A DNA stretch of 64,000 bases from a virus. The notes under the pieces were generated by a model. It was given only the letters and a program-made list of their open reading frames with translations. It had not been told where the DNA came from and ran no database searches. Below are positions 56,010 to 63,861 of this stretch, in pieces. Within the stretch, counting starts at the first letter, position 1; each line of letters opens with the position of its first letter. The translations under genes and the position numbers were made by a program. The stretch is from positions 53,728-117,727 of the IMG/VR virus record IMGVR_UViG_3300023174_003433. The stretch is one strand, 5' to 3'.

Positions 56010-56207
56010 AATATAAACTCCAATCAATAAAAATAAGTGCTGGTTTATCATTTTATAGCCTCAAACCAGCAAATGTCGGCTGCATCTGTTTATTGCTCTT
56101 TATTTAAAGTCATACTCAGCAAAAGGCCGCATCGGCCTGTAGACATAGACTGCTGTTTGTGCTAGTTTAGAGTCTTGCACCGGATATCCCTCCATTAAGA
56201 CTATGCT

Positions 56208-56525
56208 TTAATGACTACGATTATTAGCCCACTTCACACCACGCTCAAATGCTTCACGCTCAATACGAAGCTCACGAACAGTCCGTGCATCACGCTGATA
56301 CACATCAAAAGCTTTTGCATCACGCTTGCGAGTGGAGTTTTGGCCAATGTTTGGCCTTGGTCCACGGAACATTACATAATACTTGGTAAAATCAATAAAC
56401 TGCTTGATTTGCTCATAATTATCAATTGGAACGCCTTTGTAAACTGACCGAAAACCAATTGGTGAATGATGATTAGCAAATATTGATTGCATAATATCTT
56501 CTTTCTGTTGGTAATTTAATTTCAT
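56208..56525 (-). CDS. Hypothetical protein
   Basis: FRGPR......T.K.DA..FDVY motif. Confidence 0.65.
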   Translation of the reverse strand: MKLNYQQKEDIMQSIFANHHSPIGFRSVYKGVPIDNYEQIKQFIDFTKYYVMFRGPRPNIGQNSTRKRDAKAFDVYQRDARTVRELRIEREAFERGVKWANNRSH

Positions 56526-56716
56526 TCTACACTCCGCACATAGGTATGGAATCTTTCTTCATACAATTCCACAATAGTTTCATTGGACAACTCACGATAA
56601 TTCCGCTCTAACAAATCTTCTGCCAATACTTTGAGATCCGTTTTAAGCATTTTCTTCACCGTGAGCATATCACTATCTACCAACTCACGGACAAAATGGT
56701 CAATTTTTCTACTCAT
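56522..56716 (-). CDS. Small acidic helical protein (start MSRKIDH)
   Basis: SD AAGGA before the ATG at 56716. Confidence 0.6.
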   Translation of the reverse strand: MSRKIDHFVRELVDSDMLTVKKMLKTDLKVLAEDLLERNYRELSNETIVELYEERFHTYVRSVE

Positions 56717-56723
56717 AATATCC

Positions 56724-56957
56724 TTAATCAAGCAATACCATGTAGGCTTCAGAATTGTTGCTTCTGAACCAATCAAGGCATTTACGCAAATTCTTATAAT
56801 CGCCAATCAACTCACAACCTTTGAGATAATCATATACTGCCACTTCATCAGGTTGTAATTTAATGGACTCACCACTAAATGGATTCTCCACCACTACTGG
56901 TTCACTATCTAACACCATAATACCAGGAAATAACTCTTGAATCGTTTTCTTTTTCAT
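56724..56957 (-). CDS. Conserved hypothetical phage protein
   Basis: NPFSGES..L.P..VAVYD..KG.E...LDWF...N..AYMVLLD. Confidence 0.7.
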   Translation of the reverse strand: MKKKTIQELFPGIMVLDSEPVVVENPFSGESIKLQPDEVAVYDYLKGCELIGDYKNLRKCLDWFRSNNSEAYMVLLD

Positions 56958-56959
56958 AA

Positions 56960-57265
56960 TTACGCTCCACACCATCTAATATGATTAAACTTACCAAACA
57001 CACTACCACGAGCAAAGTTTCTTGCTGGTGCATTCCATGATGCTGATTTGAGAATGTCACCTTGCTTAAACTTTTTATCATCTGCCAACATTACCCACGA
57101 ATGTGAACTGCGTTGGTTATCTTCCATGATGATATGTGCATACTTACGACCAACAGCAATATAAAACTTTTTGCTATTGTAAGCCGCTGTTTCCTTATAA
57201 TCATCAGCCAAATGTTTAATATACGCATCGATGGCTTCGTATAAACTCATATTAATTTTACTCAT
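56960..57265 (-). CDS. Conserved hypothetical phage protein
   Basis: GRKY..I......S.H..V.......GDILK.ASW.APA.N.ARG. Confidence 0.75.
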   Translation of the reverse strand: MSKINMSLYEAIDAYIKHLADDYKETAAYNSKKFYIAVGRKYAHIIMEDNQRSSHSWVMLADDKKFKQGDILKSASWNAPARNFARGSVFGKFNHIRWCGA

Positions 57266-57266
57266 A

Positions 57267-57551
57267 TTACACCTTGCTCAAATTAATCACACGAAAATCA
57301 AATTCCATAAAACTGGTTTGGTGTGGTACAAACATAATCTTACCAACACGATTCTTTTTATTGGGTTTGGTTTCAAACTTACGGAACTTATCAGCAGTCA
57401 CCGTAATTTTGTAACAATTAAAACCAGGTTCATTACAATTTGCCTGCTCAACAACACCTTCAATAAAAGCATCATCACGACCAGCACATGGTGCAAAATC
57501 GTATGCACGAATCACATCACCAACTTTTGCAATACCTTCAAATTTCAACAT
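57267..57551 (-). CDS. Hypothetical protein (SH3-like)
   Basis: VGDVIRAYDF...FIEG.V; first gene after the promoter at 57581. Confidence 0.65.
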   Translation of the reverse strand: MLKFEGIAKVGDVIRAYDFAPCAGRDDAFIEGVVEQANCNEPGFNCYKITVTADKFRKFETKPNKKNRVGKIMFVPHQTSFMEFDFRVINLSKV

Positions 57552-57580
57552 AATGTACCTTTCACTCAATTAATACTACC

Positions 57581-57631
57581 ATTATACACTTACCACAGGG
57601 GAACACAAGCCCCCTGTTGTAAATATACAAC
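57581..57631 (-). promoter_or_regulatory. Early promoter (TTGTGT-16-TATAAT) with TGTTGT-N6-ACAACA palindrome
   Basis: attata 57581-86, acacaa 57603-08, palindrome 57614-31. Confidence 0.7.
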
Positions 57632-57763
57632 ACTATTTGGTCTTTTTAATGGAATAACCCTTTAATAAAACCCATTCAACATACGCTTCAACGATTGCTG
57701 GTGTATCTGGCGTTTCCTGTTGTAATGCCTTTAATTCTTTGATTGTAAATTCCCATTTACTCA

Positions 57764-57937
57764 TTATGCCAAACTTTCATATTCTTCAATAATGTGCCGT
57801 TCTGGCAGATTATTGTATTTTTCAATAAGCAACTCATTAAGAGCTTCCATCAATTCACTACGGTTCGATGTTTGAAAATAATTCATTTCATCACGAACCA
57901 AGGCTTCACGCATACGGTCAATATTAGAGATACTCAT
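57764..57937 (-). CDS. Small acidic helical protein (57 aa; absent from ORF track)
   Basis: MSISNIDRMREALVRDEMNYFQTSNRSELMEALNELLIEKYNNLPERHIIEEYESLA*, SD AAGGAG. Confidence 0.65.
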   Translation of the reverse strand: MSISNIDRMREALVRDEMNYFQTSNRSELMEALNELLIEKYNNLPERHIIEEYESLA

Positions 57938-58128
57938 ACGGTCTCCTTAAACCATTCATTCCAAAGCTCCCGCTCGTTCATCTCTTGCACCAATTCTTCT
58001 TCGGTGTAGTTTTCATAACCTTTGAAACCTGACCTTAGTATATCACTAATAATCCACGAATCAGAGGATTGGAAAGTGTTAATATCATCATCAATTAACA
58101 TATTGACCATTTCATGGCGCCTGCTCAT
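57934..58128 (-). CDS. Small acidic helical protein (start MSRRHEM)
   Basis: ATG directly after the upstream stop. Confidence 0.6.
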   Translation of the reverse strand: MSRRHEMVNMLIDDDINTFQSSDSWIISDILRSGFKGYENYTEEELVQEMNERELWNEWFKETV

Positions 58129-58129
58129 A

Positions 58130-58681
58130 TTAATTATCGTCCTCTTCCGCATTTTCTTCTTCCCACTCACGCATATTTTCCGTGATACAATACATTTCAT
58201 CTAATGCTTCTGGCAGATAATCTTCTGCTTCATCAGCACTCATACCAGAATAATCGTAGGACTCATCAAAGCCGTCCTCATACACGCCTGCAAAACCCAT
58301 ACCAGGTTCACAGTAATAGGCACGAACTGAAAAACCCATTTCTTCGAGCTTTTCATAGGCGACCGTAGGTGGACCCCATGGTGAATCAAACGAACCGACC
58401 AACTGACCATTTTCAATTTCACAGGCATATGGTGAGATATCCCACTTGGTGCCCCAATTAGATACGCACCATGAATACCAATCGGCCGCACCGTATTTGG
58501 CAATCAATTCTTCGGTTGTTGGTGTCACCTCACGGACTGGTGAAGTGGTATCTTCCAACTCTTTTGGTAATGGAATGAATTCATTCAACAACTTACCATC
58601 AGCAAAGGCGGCCTTGGCACGCTCAATCATTTCTGGATCCTCATGAGCCAGCTCAATATTGTTATTACACCAATTTGGCAT
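58130..58681 (-). CDS. DUF1281/YubB ferredoxin-like family protein
   Basis: MPNWCNN, DWY.W...NWGTKWD, FDSPW.PP, YCEPGM.F.G. Confidence 0.75.
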   Translation of the reverse strand: MPNWCNNNIELAHEDPEMIERAKAAFADGKLLNEFIPLPKELEDTTSPVREVTPTTEELIAKYGAADWYSWCVSNWGTKWDISPYACEIENGQLVGSFDSPWGPPTVAYEKLEEMGFSVRAYYCEPGMGFAGVYEDGFDESYDYSGMSADEAEDYLPEALDEMYCITENMREWEEENAEEDDN

Positions 58682-58910
58682 ATTTTAATACTCCTTAATC
58701 ACAAAATAAATTAATAACGCTGATGCTACCATATACAACAAAATACAAATGCTAATCGCTAACATCATACCTTGACCACTCGTTCAATATTCAAAGCAAT
58801 ATCAAACTTGCGGAACTGGTCATTGGCATAATCAACAGCACGCTGATAACTATCAAAAAGTAAACCATCACAAACATAGAATGTCATACATTTTCTCCAC
58901 TAAAAAGACC

Positions 58911-58976
58911 ATTATACAGGAAACTGGTAAAAAAGTCAATACCCTGTATAATAGTCGACCAAACCGGTCAACTATT
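58911..58976 (-). promoter_or_regulatory. Early promoter (TTGACT-17-TATAAT) with upstream inverted repeat AATAGTCGACC...GGTCAACTATT
   Basis: attata 58911-16, agtcaa 58934-39, inverted repeat 58950-76. Confidence 0.7.
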
Positions 58977-58982
58977 GGTAAA

Positions 58983-59270
58983 TCAATCACATAAATTTAC
59001 CGAACAACCTAGGCGTAATTGCCGCCTTACTACATCCACACCAAGTATGGTATCGGCATTTGACCACCGAAGCGCACCATAACTGCTTTGGTCGGTACCA
59101 AGGCGACCAGACTTCTTCCACGCCTCACAGATTGCCAAACACACCGATGGCGTCAATTCACCATCATAGGCAATATCTACGGAATCTTCCCAAGTATCTT
59201 GGTATGAATGCATCCGATGGGTGCCCTCAATCATTTTCCTACTTTTGATTAGTAATTTGCCACCAAACAT
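58983..59270 (-). CDS. Hypothetical protein
   Basis: Packed ORF. Confidence 0.55.
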   Translation of the reverse strand: MFGGKLLIKSRKMIEGTHRMHSYQDTWEDSVDIAYDGELTPSVCLAICEAWKKSGRLGTDQSSYGALRWSNADTILGVDVVRRQLRLGCSVNLCD

Positions 59271-59271
59271 A

Positions 59272-59463
59272 CTATTGCTCCAATGTTAATGTTTCAATTT
59301 CCACATCCTCGGTTTCACCAAGGTTCTTACGAGGTATCTGCTTCTCGGTCAATTTCATAAATGCTACCGCTTTATCATAATTCGTAAAGGCACGGAGATT
59401 TAACCATTCCCATCCGCTGAAATCAACCAATTGACCAGATTTTACAATATATACATTACTCAT
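59272..59463 (-). CDS. Hypothetical protein (start MSNVYIV)
   Basis: Internal ATG coupled to an upstream small ORF. Confidence 0.55.
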   Translation of the reverse strand: MSNVYIVKSGQLVDFSGWEWLNLRAFTNYDKAVAFMKLTEKQIPRKNLGETEDVEIETLTLEQ

Positions 59464-59599
59464 TCTGCAAAATCCGTCCAGTATTCTACTGCCTGCTCTG
59501 CCATTTCCAACGAGCAACCTAATGCTGAGGAGATTTGGTCGGCATTGTAACCACACTCCAATAATAACTGGACTTCATCCAGAAATGCTTTCATACCGC

Positions 59600-60373
59600 T
59601 CATACTGCCTCCATTTTAATAGTAAACTGAAAATTCCCAACAGGATACTTTACGAAACCGCTGGTATCCTTCTTTGCCTTACCCTTGGCATATAAACCAA
59701 CCACACAACCTTTTGGATCTAGAAAACGGAGATCCGAATCGTCACCATTGAATACGGATAGATTATGGTTGAAGAATTTCTTCGGCATTGCGGTACCTTT
59801 CTTGATACCAAATACAACCGCCACATTCAATCCTTCAGCAACCGCACGCTTACAGTCCATATAATTGCCATCTGCCATAGAAAAGGTAAGATGATAATTC
59901 TTAATGCCAGCAACCTTACGACCAATCACTTTGGTATAATCATAGAATTGCACATTCGGAAAAGCTGCAAATATGTTAGTGAAAACTTCACCGTTGCGAA
60001 CAACCTCATACTTTTCCCATGATAAATCACTAGTACCATTCAAACGGAAGACAGGAATGAGACCTTTCTTGGCAGATTGTTTAATTGCTAATTCAATATC
60101 AGCAACTAACCATTCCATAAAATACTTCCGCTCTTCAAAGAAAAATGCCGTTTTACGCATCCGTGCTTCTTGAATAACATTGGTGGTAGTACCTTTCTTA
60201 AAAAGACCACCACGACCTGCCGTATTCAAACAAGCAGATTTGCAACCTGCTGTCGCCTTTGGACAAGTATTATAACCAGATAAGTCAGCAGGCGCAAGAT
60301 GCAAAATGTAGGTATTGTAACCTTGTGCCAAACCTTTCAAAATCTTAGGATTGCCAGTAGATAATAATTTCAT
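59600..60373 (-). CDS. Gp88-like phage protein (radical-SAM-like, CxxxxxxCxxxC)
   Basis: LAPA...G.NTCP.A..GC...CLNTAGRG, RLNGTSD, FYDYTK, NYHLTFS, GD.SDLRF.D...VVGL.AKG. Confidence 0.7.
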   Translation of the reverse strand: MKLLSTGNPKILKGLAQGYNTYILHLAPADLSGYNTCPKATAGCKSACLNTAGRGGLFKKGTTTNVIQEARMRKTAFFFEERKYFMEWLVADIELAIKQSAKKGLIPVFRLNGTSDLSWEKYEVVRNGEVFTNIFAAFPNVQFYDYTKVIGRKVAGIKNYHLTFSMADGNYMDCKRAVAEGLNVAVVFGIKKGTAMPKKFFNHNLSVFNGDDSDLRFLDPKGCVVGLYAKGKAKKDTSGFVKYPVGNFQFTIKMEAV

Positions 60374-60403
60374 AATAAAAATTTCCAATCAAATAATATA
60401 ACC

Positions 60404-60464
60404 ATTATACAGAAATGGTAGAATAAATCAAGTAAAATCCGCACTATGTTGTATGGAAACAACA
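60404..60464 (-). promoter_or_regulatory. Early promoter (TTGATT-16-TATAAT) with TGTTGT-N6-ACAACA palindrome
   Basis: attata 60404-09, aatcaa 60426-31, palindrome 60447-64. Confidence 0.7.
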
Positions 60465-60598
60465 GACAAATGCTCTATATAACTTTTAGTAATATAGTCG
60501 CTAGCATAGTCGCAACATAGGTGCTTCAAGCAGGTCTTAGTTTGTTTCCGTTATTCTCCGCTCTTTCTATACCAATCCTGCACGGTTTCCAGAATTTT

Positions 60599-60657
60599 AC
60601 CTCGAAGCGACCTCAAAATTACCTCAGTGCGACCTCAGAAAACCTGTGCAGAACCTC
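60599..60657. repeat. Six helically phased ACCT(C/G) direct repeats
   Basis: Starts at 60599, 60610, 60621, 60632, 60642, 60653. Confidence 0.8.
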
Positions 60658-60659
60658 AA

Positions 60660-60812
60660 AAATTTGGTGCTTCCCAGCAAAATTGCACGCTGGGACTATC
60701 GGGTGCCACCGCCATTTCGAGTTTATGGGACTGACCTGTGCCGAAGCACTACATTTCACACGGTTCATGCTAGTGGAGGCAAACCCACACGCCTTCTGCC
60801 TTAACTTAATTT
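60660..60812 (-). ncRNA. Candidate structured non-coding RNA of unknown class
   Basis: GC-rich, directly downstream of a promoter, no convincing ORF; several stems and a UUCG hairpin. Confidence 0.45.
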
Positions 60813-60820
60813 ATACTACC

Positions 60821-60882
60821 ATTTTAATGGATCCTGCACAATATGGCAAGAAACATTAAAATGGTGTTGTATGGAAACAACA
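60821..60882 (-). promoter_or_regulatory. Early promoter (TTGCCA-17-TAAAAT) with TGTTGT-N6-ACAACA palindrome
   Basis: atttta 60821-26, tggcaa 60844-49, palindrome 60865-82. Confidence 0.65.
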
Positions 60883-61162
60883 CAAGTACCACTATGAGAT
60901 ATCAGATAATTTGGCACATATAGAATCCGCAATCTCATGCTCTTCATCTCCATAGTGCTCATAATCACTCATAGCGGAATAGATAGCATCTAATTCACTA
61001 TCAGTTAATTCAATGGTTTTATTATTTTCGGTATTTTGTAATAATATCATATTGGTTGATTCTCCGATAATACATCTTGAATGCGGTCACGCTGTTCCCA
61101 AGTAAAATCATAGGCGAAGCGTTGTAATAAAAATACTATAATACTGGTAACTATATCATTAA

Positions 61163-61387
61163 TCATCTTGGTTCTTTCATAATTTTAAGGTAAACTAAAT
61201 CATCAAGAGCAGTATAAGCGGTATTTAATAGCGCAACATACTCTGGATGGTCGATATAATACTGGTCTTTTAAAGAAGCAATATCATTACGGATGGCAAC
61301 AATCTTAATATCAGTAGCGTTATCAAGCATATTCGGCATTCGTTCTGATAATATCAATAGCATTTTGAAATGAATTGGTATAATCAA
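61163..61387 (-). CDS. Hypothetical early protein (start uncertain)
   Basis: Packed ORF. Confidence 0.5.
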   Translation of the reverse strand: MIIPIHFKMLLILSERMPNMLDNATDIKIVAIRNDIASLKDQYYIDHPEYVALLNTAYTALDDLVYLKIMKEPR

Positions 61388-61604
61388 TTCTATTATATTC
61401 TTCGTGAGTGATATCTCCGAATTGGGTAGAACTTAACGAATAAATTTCATACTGCGATTCGGAGAATTCATTAAATGATTCTACGAAATACCCGAGCGGA
61501 TTATCATTACTATCATATACTTCAAATTCATTTTGGTCACGGGAAGCGTAACTTTGCACGACATAATAATCGGCAGTTTTTACTACAAATGCAACATTTA
61601 ACAT
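61323..61604 (-). CDS. Acidic hypothetical early protein
   Basis: Follows a promoter-like TTGTGT-17-TAAAAT at 61633-61661. Confidence 0.65.
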   Translation of the reverse strand: MLNVAFVVKTADYYVVQSYASRDQNEFEVYDSNDNPLGYFVESFNEFSESQYEIYSLSSTQFGDITHEEYNRIDYTNSFQNAIDIIRTNAEYA

Positions 61605-61683
61605 ATTTTTATCTCTTTCACTTTAAAAATCTATTTTAACACAAAACGGCAATAAACACAAGCACTATTAATACTTGAGTAAA

Positions 61684-61893
61684 TTAGTCGACTATTTGCA
61701 AATCGGTATAAATCACTTGACCGGCATTGCGTTTAACTATGGCAATTTCATTGCATTTGCGTGTTTCTATTGTCCAGTAATCTGGTTTTTGCACGACAAA
61801 TTCGGTGGTGACAGTCAGGTTTAAATCAGACTGTAGCATTGCTAATAGTGTTTTCTTATCAGCAAGTGGTAATTCTTTTATTTTATCTAGCAT
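61684..61893 (-). CDS. Hypothetical early protein
   Basis: N-terminus (I.ELPLA.K..L...) resembles that of 61957..62232. Confidence 0.6.
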   Translation of the reverse strand: MLDKIKELPLADKKTLLAMLQSDLNLTVTTEFVVQKPDYWTIETRKCNEIAIVKRNAGQVIYTDLQIVD

Positions 61894-61956
61894 AGTATCT
61901 CTTTATAATAAATTTACTAGTAGCGACTATCTCAAATCGCTACTATAAATTCACTA

Positions 61957-62232
61957 TTAGGCGAATTTAGTGGTCACGGTTTTACTTGGTTTGCGATTTG
62001 CTTTAATCGCTTTAGTTCCCACGGGGTTGCGGAGCGCTGCTAGTTTTTCTTCTAATTTCGCAATGCGGTCTTGTTTTTTCTGAGCACGGAGAGCAGCAGA
62101 ATTTTGTTTGCGAGCGAAATTAGCAGCACGGTTGGCGGCAATATCTTCTTTAATCATATCTTTAATAGATTTTACTAAAGAGCGTTTTTGAGCAACGGGG
62201 AGGTTTTGAATTGTATCAATATATGAAAACAT
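61957..62232 (-). CDS. Basic coiled-coil early protein
   Basis: First ORF after the consensus promoter at 62281. Confidence 0.7.
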   Translation of the reverse strand: MFSYIDTIQNLPVAQKRSLVKSIKDMIKEDIAANRAANFARKQNSAALRAQKKQDRIAKLEEKLAALRNPVGTKAIKANRKPSKTVTTKFA

Positions 62233-62280
62233 AAAATTTCTTTCGTTTAATAAGTGTTAATGAATTACTACAATAAGACT

Positions 62281-62308
62281 ATTATACACGAATTGGCGGC
62301 ATTGTCAA
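62281..62308 (-). promoter_or_regulatory. Consensus sigma70 promoter TTGACA-16-TATAAT
   Basis: tgtcaa 62303-08, attata 62281-86. Confidence 0.75.
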
Positions 62309-62612
62309 ACGATTTTTTGCGTGGCGGTATGCTATTGATTTTATTGAGGATAATACTTGAGTAAAATGCTGGAGTATTCCGAGCCGTGTGGGGCAAGGGC
62401 GAGGCGGGCGAGTGGTGGTAAGGCGTGGCGAGCTGGCTCTGTGGTGGTAAGGCGGGCAAGACAGAAAAGCGACAGGGGCGCCTTGCACTATAAGAGCAGT
62501 AGCTAGAAAAAGCTGTCCTAGGTCAAACCAAGAGTTCAGTAACTTTTTTTCTAGGCTATTTTTTCAGGATTTTCGAATTCCTAAATTTTTTTCCAGGACC
62601 GGCCAAGAAGGA

Positions 62613-63368
62613 TTACGATTCGTCCTTCTCTTTGGTCCAATGGATAATCTGCCATGTTCCGTCATGGTGTTCTACCAGAGCGGTACAGGATTCTACCCAA
62701 TCACCATCATTCATATAGAGGATACCATCTATCTCTTTTATCTCAGCATGGTGTATATGACCACAGATAACTCCATCAAAGCCACGTTTCTTACAGTATT
62801 CAGAGATATTCTTCTCAAAGCCTAATAGAAAGTCTACGGAGGATTTTACTTTATATTTAAGGTACTTACTCAAAGACCAATAACCTAATCCAAAGCGTCT
62901 ACGGAAAGAATTAAATTTCGAGTTCCATCCGAGTATCATATCATACAGTTTATCACCAAGGAAAGTCAACCACGGAGCCAACTTAGAGATACCATCAAAT
63001 AGGTCACCATGGGTAACCAGAAAGCGTTTACCATTGGCATCGATATGTTCAGTTTGATTGTGTATCTCTATGGTACCAAAAGAGAATCCATAGGGTATCA
63101 TAGGTCTCAGAAACTCATCGTGGTTACCAGCAACATAGATTACTCTGGTACCTCTCTTTGCATGACCAAGGATTCGCCGAACTACATTGGAATGAGATTG
63201 TTGCCATCTCCATTTGTTTTGAGTAATCTTCCAAGCATCAATGATATCACCAATAAGGTATAGAGTATCACACGTATTATGTTTAAGAAAATTATTCAGT
63301 TTATCGGCTTGACAATCTCTGGTACCTAGATGAACATCGGAGATAAAGATACTACGATAAGTTTTCAT
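62613..63368 (-). CDS. UDP-2,3-diacylglucosamine hydrolase-like (LpxH-like) metallophosphoesterase
   Basis: FISDVHLG, LYLIGDIID.W, GNHDE, HGD.FD, GYWSLS.YLK.KVK, ICGHIH, N.GDWVESCTALVE. Confidence 0.85.
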   Translation of the reverse strand: MKTYRSIFISDVHLGTRDCQADKLNNFLKHNTCDTLYLIGDIIDAWKITQNKWRWQQSHSNVVRRILGHAKRGTRVIYVAGNHDEFLRPMIPYGFSFGTIEIHNQTEHIDANGKRFLVTHGDLFDGISKLAPWLTFLGDKLYDMILGWNSKFNSFRRRFGLGYWSLSKYLKYKVKSSVDFLLGFEKNISEYCKKRGFDGVICGHIHHAEIKEIDGILYMNDGDWVESCTALVEHHDGTWQIIHWTKEKDES

Positions 63369-63534
63369 CGTGTCGAATGATCCATTGGAGGGCTTCGGTG
63401 AGGTTTGAGTAGATGGGAGAAGCGGATTTTTCTTCATTAGTGTACCATTGGTAGAGAGTGGTTTCTCCGATCCGCCACCGATTATTTTCTACGTCCCACT
63501 TAGCGGTTCTATTGTATGTCTTATTTAGAACCAT
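63352..63534 (-). CDS. Small hypothetical protein
   Basis: 60-aa ORF overlapping the next start. Confidence 0.55.
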   Translation of the reverse strand: MVLNKTYNRTAKWDVENNRWRIGETTLYQWYTNEEKSASPIYSNLTEALQWIIRHDENLS

Positions 63535-63624
63535 ACAGTTGTTGTTCTAGTTCTTGTATACGTTCTAAGAGTTTTAGTACCTCTTGGATGGGTACCCACT
63601 TACCAGATACGTCAGTTGGTATGT

Positions 63625-63861
63625 TCATTCTATTAGTGTCCTATCTTGTATGTTCCAAAATCTTTCTACGGCTTGTTTAGCCGAATCGGAATTAATATAC
63701 ACGCCTAATCCAATGACCTTCTCGGTATCTGGATAGACGGTCGTGGTGTGTTTCGTATTGATTTGATGACCAGCACGGTTTACTTCACCGATAATCCGAC
63801 CATGTTCATCATAATAGAGAAAGTGTGCTACGGTCTCTCCGTCTTTCCATTGACGATTCAT
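63625..63861 (-). CDS. Hypothetical protein
   Basis: 78-aa ORF with SD GGAG-like sequence. Confidence 0.6.
   Translation of the reverse strand: MNRQWKDGETVAHFLYYDEHGRIIGEVNRAGHQINTKHTTTVYPDTEKVIGLGVYINSDSAKQAVERFWNIQDRTLIE

Noticed and set aside
56030-56207. Specific riboswitch or ribozyme calls (preQ1, SAM-II/V, twister)
   Set aside because: The topology is reminiscent but the conserved core nucleotides could not be matched by eye
60665-60750. tRNA call for the element ending ...AAGCACCA
   Set aside because: No 7-bp acceptor stem, T-loop or anticodon arm can be built; kept only as an unknown ncRNA candidate
60521-60859. 112-aa plus-strand ORF
   Set aside because: Opposes the regional strand, has no RBS, and spans repeats and a promoter
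62268-62488. Two short minus-strand ORFs over the G-rich island
   Set aside because: Low-complexity by-products that run through a consensus promoter; no RBS
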